Source: an uncultured Frankiaceae bacterium (lineage in GTDB: Bacteria; Actinomycetota; Actinomycetes; JAFAQI01). Taken from it: a stretch of DNA of 64,000 nt. This document shows positions 8,883-19,171 of the stretch, piece after piece (position 1 is the stretch's first letter; each line of letters opens with the position of its first letter). The position numbers and the translations under genes are program-made. The stretch covers positions 63 to 64,062 of the forward strand of contig CAYNDD010000001.1 of NCBI GenBank assembly GCA_964395425.1, written 5' to 3'. A model generated the notes under the pieces. That model was not told the origin of the DNA, did no database searches, and worked only from the letters and a program-made list of their open reading frames with translations.

Positions 8883-10601
8883 GTGACCACTCCGACGAAT
8901 TTGGTTGTGGCGAAGAACGTTGCTGTCCCGATGCGCGACGGGACCGTACTCCGTGCGGACGTCTATCGGCCGGCGGAGGGTAGGCATCCAGTGCTTGTCA
9001 TGCGCACGCCGTACTCGAAGGACGTGCCCTATGGACTCATGGTCGTGCTCAACTACGTACGTGCTGCCGAGGCCGGCTACGTCGTGGTGGTACAGGACGT
9101 GCGCGGTCGATTCCAGTCAGAAGGCGAGTTCGTGCCATTCGTCAACGAAGGCGCGGACGGTTACGACACCGTCGAATGGGCTGCCGCACAGGATTGGTCG
9201 TCCGGTTCTGTCGGCATGTTCGGTAGTTCGTACATGGCCGCTACCCAACTACAGGCAGCTGCTACTAGTCCGCCACATCTCTGTGCCATCGCCCCCATGG
9301 AGGGCAGTGCCGACTACTTCGAGGGACGTAGCTACAAGGGTGGTGCATTCGAGTTAGGCGCGCTCCTCTCCATATCGCTTTTTGCACTGTCGCCGGGGTC
9401 GATCCAGCGACGTGGGCTGCGAGGCGAGCCCTTCCGGCGGATTTGGCGCGACGTGCGAGCGTTTCTCGAGGACCTGCCCGGAATGGCGTCGACTGCGCCG
9501 TTGACCGACTTAAAGCAGACCGTCCTCGGCGAGTGGGCGCCGTTTTTCTTCGACTGGATGGACCATGATGCGCCGGACCCTTACTGGGATTCGATGTCGG
9601 TCGCTGCCGCCCACGAGAAGATCGCCGTGCCCGCGCTCCATGTGTCCAGCTGGTTCGACACGTATGCCGTCGGGGCCATTGCCAACTACCTCGGCATCAA
9701 ATCGAAGGGCGCGACGCTCGAGGCGCGCGAAAACCAGTATCTATGGCTCGGTCCATGGGGCCACTACATGCCTCGAACAGTCCTCAACGGAGTCGCTCGC
9801 CTCGGCGACATGAACTTTGGGCTCGGCGCTCTCGTTGACCTCGACCTTGTGCAACTCGCATGGTTCGATCGCTGGCTCAAGCACGATGTGACGGCGTGGT
9901 CGTTTCGTTCGCCCGTGCGCCTGTTCTTCCTCGGCGCGAATACCTGGCGTGAGGAGGCTGCCTGGCCGGTGCCGGCCGATGTCAAACCGTTCTTTCTCGC
10001 GCATGACGGCAAGCTGTCTGTTCGTCCGGCCTCGGCGTCGCCGCCCGACGTCTATCGCTCCGATCCGGCGCGACCCGTGCCGACCTTGGGTGGCGCCCAC
10101 CTGATGCTCGAAAGCGCCTTCCCACAGGGACCATGGCGTCAGAACGCGATCGAGGAGCGAGACGACGTCGTGGTCTACACGACCGACCCGCTGGCCGATG
10201 ACGTCGACGTCATCGGCGTCGTGACGCTTGAGGCTTGGGTGACGTCCTCGGCGCCGTCGACAGACGTGGCCGCGATGCTCAATGTTGTGCGTGCGGATGG
10301 CCGCTCGATCAACCTTGTCGACGGTATTCGCCGAGCAGAGCTGCCGGGAGATCAGCCGGCGAAGGTCATCGTCGAACTCGGGCCGATTGCCCATCGATTC
10401 AGCGCTGGCGAGAGGATCCGCCTACGTATCGCCGGGTCCAACTTTCCACGCCATGATCTCAACCCCCACACCGGGGGCCGACCCTCAACTGCGACGACGC
10501 GTCTCGTCGCCGAAGACCAGATCCATCACGACGACAGTCATCGCTCGGCCCTGCTGCTACCGGTCGTCGCGGGGACGCTCGACGGTCTTGAACATGCATA
10601 G
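8883..10601 (+). CDS. CocE/NonD family hydrolase (S15 X-Pro dipeptidyl-peptidase-like alpha/beta hydrolase).
   Basis: N-terminal PMRDGTVLRADVYRPAEGRHPVLVMRTPYSK and GSSYMA nucleophile elbow, plus a C-terminal beta-sandwich domain. GTG 8883 is preceded by a GGGAGGGGG RBS. Confidence 0.8.
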   Translation: MTTPTNLVVAKNVAVPMRDGTVLRADVYRPAEGRHPVLVMRTPYSKDVPYGLMVVLNYVRAAEAGYVVVVQDVRGRFQSEGEFVPFVNEGADGYDTVEWAAAQDWSSGSVGMFGSSYMAATQLQAAATSPPHLCAIAPMEGSADYFEGRSYKGGAFELGALLSISLFALSPGSIQRRGLRGEPFRRIWRDVRAFLEDLPGMASTAPLTDLKQTVLGEWAPFFFDWMDHDAPDPYWDSMSVAAAHEKIAVPALHVSSWFDTYAVGAIANYLGIKSKGATLEARENQYLWLGPWGHYMPRTVLNGVARLGDMNFGLGALVDLDLVQLAWFDRWLKHDVTAWSFRSPVRLFFLGANTWREEAAWPVPADVKPFFLAHDGKLSVRPASASPPDVYRSDPARPVPTLGGAHLMLESAFPQGPWRQNAIEERDDVVVYTTDPLADDVDVIGVVTLEAWVTSSAPSTDVAAMLNVVRADGRSINLVDGIRRAELPGDQPAKVIVELGPIAHRFSAGERIRLRIAGSNFPRHDLNPHTGGRPSTATTRLVAEDQIHHDDSHRSALLLPVVAGTLDGLEHA

Positions 10602-10709
10602 CGCGACCATGTGCCCGGCTCGCGCGGCAGCGACGTCGACGCGTCCGACACAAGGCGCCCGACCCGCCGGAAACTCCTTGTCCGGGACTAACCCTTGTGA
10701 TATATACGA

Positions 10710-10728
10710 TCTATCGAACATCGATAGA
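10710..10728. promoter_or_regulatory. Perfect 8-3-8 palindrome TCTATCGAacaTCGATAGA in an AT-rich patch of the long leader upstream of the ABC transporter operon; candidate operator.
   Basis: Read directly from the sequence. It is embedded in TTGTGATATATACGATC, locally AT-rich in a roughly 70% GC genome, about 280 nt upstream of the SBP gene start. Confidence 0.4.
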
Positions 10729-11011
10729 GGGCGGCGGAAGGGGGCGCCCAACGACTTGACCTACTCACTCAGACGACGTCGCTCGTTCAAAGAGCGGCAA
10801 CGTCAGCGAAAGGTTCGATCAGTGCGCGTAAAGACCGGGCTGTGGGTACCGTGACGGCAACTGCGCCACCTCTCTCTCGGTGCTGGTTATTCCGCGCCCT
10901 TCCGTACACCACGTGCGCGCGTACGTACCTATATCCAGGCACGGCATCCATGTTCGCGTTGGCCGCCTCTATGAGCGCCGACCCGAGACCTAGTCTGCGA
11001 GGAATAACGGC

Positions 11012-12250
11012 ATGAGGAAGCAGCTCTTCCAAAGGACGCTGGTACTGGCGGTCTGCGTTGCAGCAGTCGTTTCGGGTTGCAGCAGCTCGTCCAAAGGCAA
11101 CAGCACGAACAAGTCGGGCGGAACAATCACGCTCGGCTACATCACGGCCGAGACCGGTGCATCGGCCTCATCGTCGGGTGGCAGTGAGAAGGGCGCAGAA
11201 GCCTACATCGATGCCGTCAACGCAGCAGGCGGTGTGAACGGAAAGCAGATCAAGCTCATCGTCGAGGACGATGCATCGTCGGTGACGGGCAATCTGAATG
11301 CCTCCAAAGCGGTCGTGGCCAAGCACGTGTTGGGCGTCATCGAAGACACGCCCTTTGATGTCGGCGGGTACAAGGTCCTGCAGCAGGCGGGGATTCCGGT
11401 GACAGGATCTTGCTGCAACAACCCCGAGTGGGGCACGAAGCCAAACACGAACATGTTCGGGTACGGCGGCGATATCAATCCCGCTCAGAGCATCTACTCC
11501 TACACCCAGTTCGGACAGTTCTTCAAGCAACTCGGTGTGACGAACGCGGCGTTCCTGGCCTATGCGAACATTCCCGCATCCGATGTCGGGAGCGACGCGG
11601 TTGCAGCGTCCTTCAAGGCGGCGGGGATCAAGATCGGGTACACGAACAAGAATGTGCCCTTTGGGAATGCACCGATGAACACCTACGCGATCGCTATGAA
11701 GCGGGCGGGGGTGAACTTCGCGATCTGCTCGTGCGTCCAGGCGAACTCGGTGGCGATGCTCGTTGCTGCGAAACAGGCGGGTATCCACCTCGTGGCGTCG
11801 TTGTCCGCAGCCGGTGCTGACTCAAGCATCTTCACCGACCCGACTGCAACTGCCGCGGCTCAGGGAACCTACTGGCCGACGTACATCGTGCCGATTGATC
11901 TCAACGATCCTGCCACGAACACCTTCGTCGCCAACCTGACGAAGTACGACTCCGACTACCACGGTGGCTACCCGCCGGAAGGTACGACGGTCGCTTACCT
12001 CGGGGCAGCGCTGATGGTCAAGGGACTCGAGATGGCAGGATCAGGCGCGACCTCGGCGTCGGTGATCTCGAAGCTTCTGACGCTCACAAATTGGACGGCA
12101 AACGGGCTGCTGCCGACCGCCGCGGACTACAACCACTTCGGTACCTTCGGACCCAAGAGCTGCACCTACTTTGAGAAGGTTGAAGGCAAGAAGTTCGTCA
12201 CGGTGAACAACGGAAAGCCCGTCTGTGGGACGCTGCTCTCCTCGAGTTAG
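11012..12250 (+). CDS. ABC transporter substrate-binding lipoprotein (LivJ/AmiC-type, PBP1 fold).
   Basis: Lipobox LAVCVAAVVSGCSSS. Leu/Ile/Val-binding-protein family features. Confidence 0.8.
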   Translation: MRKQLFQRTLVLAVCVAAVVSGCSSSSKGNSTNKSGGTITLGYITAETGASASSSGGSEKGAEAYIDAVNAAGGVNGKQIKLIVEDDASSVTGNLNASKAVVAKHVLGVIEDTPFDVGGYKVLQQAGIPVTGSCCNNPEWGTKPNTNMFGYGGDINPAQSIYSYTQFGQFFKQLGVTNAAFLAYANIPASDVGSDAVAASFKAAGIKIGYTNKNVPFGNAPMNTYAIAMKRAGVNFAICSCVQANSVAMLVAAKQAGIHLVASLSAAGADSSIFTDPTATAAAQGTYWPTYIVPIDLNDPATNTFVANLTKYDSDYHGGYPPEGTTVAYLGAALMVKGLEMAGSGATSASVISKLLTLTNWTANGLLPTAADYNHFGTFGPKSCTYFEKVEGKKFVTVNNGKPVCGTLLSSS

Positions 12251-12408
12251 GAGCTCGGAGGACCATGACAGAAGGTTGATGTACGGCCGGCCCGCCAACG
12301 CTCTCAGGCTTTGGCGGGCCGACCGTTGTACGGAACAGGGTCTGCTCAACTTTCGCCGATGGCGTTCGAGCGCACGAGAAGGCACCATCGTGAGGCAAGA
12401 GGACTGAC

Positions 12409-15297
12409 GTGCTCCAATATGTTGTAGCGGGCCTCGTTCTTGGCGGCATCTACGCGATCGCTGCGGCTGGGATTGTCACCACGTATATCTCAGCCGGCAT
12501 TCTGAATCTCAGTTTCGGTGCGCTGGCCTTCGCGATCGCGCGGTTCTACTACTTCCTCCACACTCAACATCACATCAACCTGTTGGTGTCCGCGATAGTG
12601 GCGATCGTCGTCGCGGGCCCCGCATTGGGTGTTGCGCTGTATCTTCTGGTCTTCCGACTCCTTGGAATGCGATCACAGCTCGTGAAGCTGGTCGCCACGA
12701 TCGGTGTGGCGGTCGCGGTGCCTTCCGCTTGCGCCCTGACCTTTGGTACGCAGCCCATCAACCAGGCACCTGGTCTGGCACCCGAGCCGGTCAGGGTCTT
12801 TCACGTCTTCGGCGTAGCCGTAACGATGGACCAGGTGATCGCGTACGCCTGCGTGCTGGTGATCCTTGTCGTCGGTGCGGGCGTGCTCGGTTTCACGAGT
12901 GTCGGTCTTCGGGTCCGAAGCATGGTGGATTCCCCCGCGATGACTGCGTTGTCGGGTGTCAACCCTTCGTCGGTTGCACTAGGAGTGTGGGCCGTAAGCA
13001 TCGGCCTCGCCGGCTTGGCAGGTGTCCTCTCCGCTCCCATCATCGGGTTGGATTCGGGCGATTTCACCTTGCTGATGATCTCGGCGCTGGCTGCGGTTGT
13101 GGCTGGTCGACTGCGGAACCTGGGTGTGACGGTCTGCATCGCATTCCTGATCGGCATCTCGGACTCGATCGTCCAGTACTGGATCTCGCCAACGAGCTCC
13201 TTCGCAGCCGCCATCCTTCCGTCGATCCCCTTCATCTTCGCCGCGCTCTTTCTCGGGTACTTCGTCCTCCGTGGCGATGGCCGTGAGGGTGCTGGGAGAG
13301 TGGGCGGGTCGCTTGACCGCGCCATCGCGACGCACGACGACGGGTCGCATACGTCGAGTGGTCCCGCCGCGCGGCGGATCGGCGTGGTGCCGGCCATCGT
13401 TGCGTTCGGGATGACCTGCCTGTTGCCGGCCTTGATGAGCGACTTCTGGGTCGGCCTTGTCGCACAAGGCGTGTGCTACGGCATCATTTACCTGAGCTAC
13501 ACCCTCGTGACGGGCGAGGGCGGAATGATCTGGCTATGTATGTCAGCGTTCGCCGGAGTCGGCGGACTGTCGGCTGCGGTCCTGGCTGCCGACCACGGAG
13601 TTCCCGCACTGCTCGCGGTGGTTTGTGGCGGGTTGATCGCCGTTCCTGCGGGTCTGCTCATTGGCCTCCTCACGATTCGCATGGGCGATTTGTACGTCGC
13701 TATCGTCACGCTGATTTTTGCGCTGCTCATTGAGAACCTGGTCTTCAGCCGCCAGGTGTTCGAGAACTCAGGCTTGGGCGTTGCGATCAACCCCCCACAT
13801 GTCTTTGCTGGTCCTCGCGGCGAAGCATGGCTCTCGCTTGCGGTGTTTGCGGTGATCGCCGGTTGTATAGGCGTTCTGCGGCGTTCGACGACGGGACTAG
13901 GGCTCACCGCCGTCCGGTCTGCTCCGCGTGCCTCCGCAACGGTGGGCATCTCCGTTGTCAGGCTGAAGGTGGGGGTCGCGTGTGCTGCCGCCTTCACCGC
14001 GGGTATCGGCGGCGCAATGCTTGCCATGAACCTGAACGTGGCGCAGTCGGCCAACTACGACGCGCTGTTGGGTCTGGCGTGGCTGGCGGCGGTGGCAACC
14101 CTCGGCATTCGGTCGAACATGGGCGCCATACTTGCCGGCCTTGCGACGACGCTCTTGAGCGGAGTCATCCTTCAGTACCTTTCGGCCGGCTGGGACAATG
14201 TCCCGCCTATCTTGTTCGGGCTAGGAGCGATCGCGGTGGTCCGGTACCCCGACGGTACCTTGGCGACTCAGGCTCGTCAGGTCGCCGCCATTTGGACCAC
14301 GATCAGACGACGGCTTGCGGCGGCCCGAGGCGGATCCACTGCCGGGGGTGTTGATGCTCCAGCGCCGGATGCCCAACAAGGCAGGCACGAGTCGGACCTC
14401 GACATCGGTGGCGGACGAGCCCCTGGCTCGTCGCCGAGCGCGCTGGTTTCCGTTGTCGTGAAGCAGCCCGGCCAACACGATGAGCCGCCACTCCTTCGCT
14501 GTCGCGACGTGACCGTTCGCTTCGGTGGCGTCCGCGCCTTGAATGGGGTGACCGTATCCATTCCGCCGGGTGCGATCGTGGGCCTGGTCGGCCCAAACGG
14601 AGCCGGAAAGAGCACGCTGTTCGGTGTGTTATCCGGGCTTATCAAACCGGACGCCGGTGAGGTGTTCCTCAACGAGGAGGAGATCACGGGCGTCCGGCCT
14701 CAAGTACGTTCCCGGCTCGGGATCGCGCGTACGTTTCAGCAACCTGAGCTCTTTCTCGGGCTGACCGTCAGGGAGCATCTGATTCTCTCGCATCGGATGC
14801 GACACAAGGTAGGGCCGAACTGGCGTGGCGCCGGTGCAGGTGGCGCAGGGCGTGGAGTGCGGATCGCTGAGCGAGAACGCGTTGACGAGCTTATCGACGA
14901 GTTGTCGCTGGCCTCGGTCGCGGAGCAGCGGGTCGACTCCCTCCCTCTCGGCACGACACGTCTGATCGAGGTTGCGCGTGCACTCGCATTCGAGCCGTCA
15001 ATCGTGCTTCTTGACGAGCCGCTTGCCGGGCTGGACACGCAGGAGTCCGAGCGTCTCGGATCCGTCCTGCAGGCGACCTCCGCCGAAAGGGGCGTCGCCA
15101 TGCTGCTGGTCGAACATGATGTAGGCGCCGTCATGCGTCTTGCCCAACACATCTACGTGCTCGACTTCGGTTCAAAGGTGGCCGAAGGTCCGCCTGAGCG
15201 GATTCGCAGTAGCGAGGTCGTGCGCGAGGCATACCTCGGCTCCACCGGCAGCTGGGCCGTCCAAGTAGCCGAGGAGGACGGCCTTGGCCACCGCTGA
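12409..15297 (+). CDS. Fused branched-chain-amino-acid-type ABC transporter: LivH-like permease + LivM-like permease + LivG-like ATPase in one 962-aa polypeptide.
   Basis: Residues 1-290 are LivH-like (MLQYVVAGLVLGGIYAIAAAGI...). Residues about 330-650 are LivM-like. A low-complexity linker follows. The C-terminal roughly 290 aa is an ABC ATPase: GLVGPNGAGKSTLF Walker A, LSGGQ-like region, LLDEPLAGLD Walker B. No in-frame stops across the junctions. Confidence 0.8.
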   Translation: MLQYVVAGLVLGGIYAIAAAGIVTTYISAGILNLSFGALAFAIARFYYFLHTQHHINLLVSAIVAIVVAGPALGVALYLLVFRLLGMRSQLVKLVATIGVAVAVPSACALTFGTQPINQAPGLAPEPVRVFHVFGVAVTMDQVIAYACVLVILVVGAGVLGFTSVGLRVRSMVDSPAMTALSGVNPSSVALGVWAVSIGLAGLAGVLSAPIIGLDSGDFTLLMISALAAVVAGRLRNLGVTVCIAFLIGISDSIVQYWISPTSSFAAAILPSIPFIFAALFLGYFVLRGDGREGAGRVGGSLDRAIATHDDGSHTSSGPAARRIGVVPAIVAFGMTCLLPALMSDFWVGLVAQGVCYGIIYLSYTLVTGEGGMIWLCMSAFAGVGGLSAAVLAADHGVPALLAVVCGGLIAVPAGLLIGLLTIRMGDLYVAIVTLIFALLIENLVFSRQVFENSGLGVAINPPHVFAGPRGEAWLSLAVFAVIAGCIGVLRRSTTGLGLTAVRSAPRASATVGISVVRLKVGVACAAAFTAGIGGAMLAMNLNVAQSANYDALLGLAWLAAVATLGIRSNMGAILAGLATTLLSGVILQYLSAGWDNVPPILFGLGAIAVVRYPDGTLATQARQVAAIWTTIRRRLAAARGGSTAGGVDAPAPDAQQGRHESDLDIGGGRAPGSSPSALVSVVVKQPGQHDEPPLLRCRDVTVRFGGVRALNGVTVSIPPGAIVGLVGPNGAGKSTLFGVLSGLIKPDAGEVFLNEEEITGVRPQVRSRLGIARTFQQPELFLGLTVREHLILSHRMRHKVGPNWRGAGAGGAGRGVRIAERERVDELIDELSLASVAEQRVDSLPLGTTRLIEVARALAFEPSIVLLDEPLAGLDTQESERLGSVLQATSAERGVAMLLVEHDVGAVMRLAQHIYVLDFGSKVAEGPPERIRSSEVVREAYLGSTGSWAVQVAEEDGLGHR

Positions 15298-16012
15298 ACC
15301 GAAGCAAGCCGGCGGCTCACTGAGCGTGAGAAACCTCTGTGTCGGATATGGGGCCGTGCAGGCGCTCTCGGAGGTGTCGTTCGAGGTGGCCCCGGGTGAG
15401 GTCCTTGCTGTTCTTGGCTCAAACGGTGCCGGGAAGAGCACCCTCGGCCGGGCCGTCTCTGGGTTGGTGCCGGCAACGTCGGGCCACGTCGTCTTCGACG
15501 GCACGGACGTCAGCCGGTGGTCTCCCCATCGCATTCGGCGAGTAGGACTGGTCTACATCCCCGAGGGACGAGGCATCTTCCCGGGGTTGACGGTCCAGGA
15601 CAACCTTCGCATGGCGGCTCTGCAGATGAAGGGGAGTCGCCAACGGGAGGAGGCATTCAGTCGCGCGACCGATTTGTTTCCAATCCTTGGATCGCGCCGG
15701 AAGCAGATGGCCGGCAGCCTTTCCGGCGGCGAACAGCAGATGCTGTCAATGGCGCGCGCGCTGCTCGTAGACCCCAGGCTGATCATCGCTGACGAGATGT
15801 CGCTCGGACTTGCGCCATTGATGGTCGAGCAGGTCTTCGCCAGCCTGGAAGTGGCGAAGCAAAGCGGCATCGCGGTGGTCTTGATCGAGCAATTTGTGCA
15901 ACGCGCCCTCGAGTTCTCTCATTCCTGCCTGATCCTGTCGCGTGGGATCGTCGGATGGCGAGGGCCTGCCGAGCTTGCGGGCGCGGAGGTTCTCAAGCAG
16001 TATCTGGACTGA
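15284..16012 (+). CDS. ABC transporter ATP-binding protein (LivF-like).
   Basis: Carries GSNGAGKSTLG Walker A, LSGGEQQML signature and IIADEMSLGLAP Walker B. Start is TTG 15284 (overlapping the upstream gene by 14 nt) or GTG 15326. Confidence 0.8.
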   Translation: MATAEPKQAGGSLSVRNLCVGYGAVQALSEVSFEVAPGEVLAVLGSNGAGKSTLGRAVSGLVPATSGHVVFDGTDVSRWSPHRIRRVGLVYIPEGRGIFPGLTVQDNLRMAALQMKGSRQREEAFSRATDLFPILGSRRKQMAGSLSGGEQQMLSMARALLVDPRLIIADEMSLGLAPLMVEQVFASLEVAKQSGIAVVLIEQFVQRALEFSHSCLILSRGIVGWRGPAELAGAEVLKQYLD

Positions 16013-16073
16013 CTGAGCCGAAGTCGCTCCACCGACATGTGGGGCTCGATGAGCAAAGGCGTCTGGTAGATAG

Positions 16074-16832
16074 CTACCGGGGCCGGTCGATGACTGCGTC
16101 AAGCTCGTCGCCGATCCGTTCTTCCACGAGGGCGACGAAGTCGGCGACGTGTTCGCGCATCAGTCGTTCTGCTTTGGCGCCATCACCCTGGGCGATCGCG
16201 TTGGCAATATTGTCGTGTGCCTTGCAGGTCAACGCTCGCTTCTCACTCGGCGTACTCGGAAGTCGCTCCCGGTTCAAACCGAGTAACGCAGACGAGAAGA
16301 GGGAAATCACCCTGTTTCCGCTCGCGACCGCGATTGCTTCATGGAACGCCTCAGAGCTCCGCAGCCACTCGCTGCCGAGTGACCCGACCGCGCGGTGGTT
16401 GGCTTCGGCAGCCTCGAGCACCGCCGCCCTTGCCTCTTCCGACCCGCGGGTCGCGGCGCTTCTCGCGACGCCGGGCTCCAGGATCATCCGAGCCTCGAGA
16501 AGCTCGCGATATGTAGCTCGCGAGATGAAGAGCCAGACTGAGAGGTTCCGCGCGTAGTCGTCGGCGTCGATCGCATCAACCATCGGCCCACCGCGCTGGC
16601 CGGGCTTGATTCGAATAATTCCGTAAACCTCAAGAATACGAAGCGCCTCGCGCAGGGTGCCGCGTCCGATTCCGAGCTGCTCGATCATTGCGGTTTCGGA
16701 GGGAAGCATGTCGCCGGGATGCAGGTCTTCGTTGACGATGTGGTGAAGGATTCGCCGCGCGATGATCTCTGGCATCCGCTCTTGGCGCGGCTGCTGAAAT
16801 CCACGCTCCATCGGCACCGCTGGACCAGGCAT
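16074..16832 (-). CDS. GntR family (FadR/FCD subfamily) transcriptional regulator.
   Basis: wHTH MPEIIARRILHHIVNEDLHPGDMLPSETAMIEQLGIGRGTLREALRIL, followed by an FCD-type helical C-domain. Start candidates are 16832, 16811 and 16775; the 16955 start is probably too long. Confidence 0.8.
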   Translation of the reverse strand: MPGPAVPMERGFQQPRQERMPEIIARRILHHIVNEDLHPGDMLPSETAMIEQLGIGRGTLREALRILEVYGIIRIKPGQRGGPMVDAIDADDYARNLSVWLFISRATYRELLEARMILEPGVARSAATRGSEEARAAVLEAAEANHRAVGSLGSEWLRSSEAFHEAIAVASGNRVISLFSSALLGLNRERLPSTPSEKRALTCKAHDNIANAIAQGDGAKAERLMREHVADFVALVEERIGDELDAVIDRPR

Positions 16833-17225
16833 CTTGGCCAAACCAACTCCGCTGACGAATGAATGAACGGTGGCGAACAAGGTCGCACGCCCAGTTGCGA
16901 CGACAAGGTTGAACTCCGGCTGGAGAGTAGCACGGCACTGATCGCGCTTTCGCAAACGTGAATTGGCCTCTGCCAGATGGGATTGTGCGGGTTCATCAAG
17001 GTTGCCCGCGAGTCAGACGCACTGTCGCGACGTCTCCCCGCGCTGATGGTTTGGCTGCGTTCCGAGCGCTGCGGATCGGGGCGCATTGGGTTCACGAATA
17101 TTATTTTCGGCATGAGCGATCGAGATTGTCGGCGGCCAACTCGAGTCTTCGAAGCGCACTGTCGGGAGCACGGCCCTCGCACCTGATGACGGATCAGGGG
17201 CCCGAGTTTGAGAGGATTGACCCAT

Positions 17226-17258
17226 GAGGCTGATCATGGTTCGATACATACGCATACA
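17226..17258 (+). promoter_or_regulatory. Copy 1 of a conserved 33-nt AT-rich motif, GAGGCTGATCATGGTTCGATACATACGCATACA, upstream of the BVMO operon.
   Basis: 30/33 identical to a second copy at 22336-22368 in the same orientation. Both lie in intergenic leaders of plus-strand catabolic operons. Confidence 0.5.
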
Positions 17259-17502
17259 AAGGCGTCACAACGCGAGGTGACGACCCGAGTGGCGGCGCAG
17301 TGGTACTCGTTGGTGGCTGCGTTCCTCGGACGAGCCGGACATGCACTGCACGCTGCGACAGGTCGGCACCAAGATCGAGACCTGGAGTGATTCACGTGGG
17401 CAGCACCTACAGCGCGGGGTGGCCGGCGCGCCCTCCTGTATCGGCCCATCGCGTTGCCCGGCCGGGATCCGAGGGGCGCACCTCATGGTTGAGGAAACCC
17501 CG

Positions 17503-19164
17503 ATGACGAACTCACCGGCTCCGACTGCTGAGGCTGACGGGGAGACTACGCACATCGACGTTGTGGTGGTTGGCGCGGGCTTCTCCGGCCTCTACGCGAT
17601 ATACACGATGAGGTCGCTGGGCCTCACGGTTCAGTGTTACGAGCTGGGCGGGGGAGTCGGCGGGACCTGGTACTGGAATCGGTATCCCGGCGCGCGGTGT
17701 GACACGGAGAGTCTCCAATACTCATTCTCGTTCTCACCAGAGCTGGAGCAGGAGTGGGTCTGGTCGGAGCGCTTCGCAACCCAGCCAGAGATTCTCCGCT
17801 ATCTCGAGCACGTTGCCGAGCGATTCGACCTGCTTCCCGCCATCCAGCTAAAGACAAAGGTGACCGCGCTGACCTATCTCAACGAGCGCGGTCGATGGGA
17901 GGTCGAGACCGACCGGGCCGGGCGCGTCGAAGCGTCCTTCGTTGTGATGGCATCAGGCAACCTGTCGGTTCCAAATGCTCCTCAGTTGGAGGGTCTCTCG
18001 AGGTTCACGGGCGAGATCTTCCACACCGGAGACTGGCCTCATCAGGCCGTGGACTTCCGGGGCAAGCGCGTGGCAGTCATCGGGACCGGATCCTCCGGCA
18101 TTCAAGTCATTCCGCGGATCGCTGAACAGGCAGACCACCTCTACGTCTTCCAGCGCACTCCGCAATACAGCGTGCCGGCAAGCCGAGCACACCTGAGTGA
18201 CGAATACGTGGCAGACATCAAGGCGAACTACCCACGGATCCGTGAAGAGACGCGTCGGGCCGCGTTGACGAGCCTGCCATTCTTGAACCGCGAGTCCGCC
18301 AAGGAGGTAGATGCAGAGCGGCGAGAGCAGGTCTTTCAGGAACGGTGGGCCGATTGTCGAGGGGCGGCCCACTTCCTTACCGCCTTTAATGACCTCCTGG
18401 TCGATGACGAATCAAACGCCCTCGCCGGTGACTTCATCCGGTCGAGGATCCGAGAGACGGTGCGCGATCCCGAGACCGCCGAACGACTCTGTCCGATCGG
18501 GTATCCCTTTGGTTCCAAGCGACTATGCCTTGACATGGACTACTACGAGACATTCAACCGCGAGAATGTCACGCTGATCGATCTGCGTGAACAGGCACTC
18601 CAGAGCGTCGCTGAAGGCGCAGTCACAACGACCGCTGGAGCTTACGAAGTAGATGCCATCGTCCTTGCTACCGGCTACGACGGAATGACCGGCGCGCTGA
18701 CTCGAATCGATATTCGAGGCGTCGATGGATCGCTGCTGCGAGAGGTCTGGGCGCACGGTCCGCTGAACTACCTGGGCCTACAAGTTGCCGGATTTCCCAA
18801 CCTGTTCACCGTGACGGGACCGGGAAGCCCTTCGGTGATCGGCTCGGTCGTGACCTCGATCGAGCAGCACATCGAGTTCATCCGGGACTTGATGGTGTAC
18901 ATGCGCGCACGCGATCTCGCCACTGTGGAGGCGGACGAAACGGCGCAGAAGAACTGGGTCGAACATGTCAACGAGGTGGCCAACAAGACCCTGTTCGTCA
19001 AGGGTAACTCGTGGTGGCAAGGGGCCAATATCGAGGGCAAGCCGCGAATATTCATGCCGTACGCCGGCGGCGTTGGGCCGTACCGCACGATTTGTGAGGA
19101 TGTGGCCGCTGACAACTTCCGCGGATTCACGTTCGGCCCCGCCAGCCAGTTCACCGGCCAGTAG
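17503..19164 (+). CDS. Flavin-dependent Baeyer-Villiger-type monooxygenase (class B FMO/BVMO).
   Basis: Rossmann VVVGAGFSGLY, the BVMO fingerprint FTGEIFHTGDWP (FxGxxxHxxxW), and a second GxGxxG, VAVIGTGSSG. ATG 17503 fits the conserved N-terminus. Confidence 0.85.
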   Translation: MTNSPAPTAEADGETTHIDVVVVGAGFSGLYAIYTMRSLGLTVQCYELGGGVGGTWYWNRYPGARCDTESLQYSFSFSPELEQEWVWSERFATQPEILRYLEHVAERFDLLPAIQLKTKVTALTYLNERGRWEVETDRAGRVEASFVVMASGNLSVPNAPQLEGLSRFTGEIFHTGDWPHQAVDFRGKRVAVIGTGSSGIQVIPRIAEQADHLYVFQRTPQYSVPASRAHLSDEYVADIKANYPRIREETRRAALTSLPFLNRESAKEVDAERREQVFQERWADCRGAAHFLTAFNDLLVDDESNALAGDFIRSRIRETVRDPETAERLCPIGYPFGSKRLCLDMDYYETFNRENVTLIDLREQALQSVAEGAVTTTAGAYEVDAIVLATGYDGMTGALTRIDIRGVDGSLLREVWAHGPLNYLGLQVAGFPNLFTVTGPGSPSVIGSVVTSIEQHIEFIRDLMVYMRARDLATVEADETAQKNWVEHVNEVANKTLFVKGNSWWQGANIEGKPRIFMPYAGGVGPYRTICEDVAADNFRGFTFGPASQFTGQ

Positions 19165-19171
19165 GCAGGTC

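Noticed and set aside
12570-15152. Multiple 60-200-aa ORFs on both strands inside the fused ABC transporter gene.
   Set aside because: All nested within or antisense to a gene with strong, continuous ABC permease/ATPase signatures.
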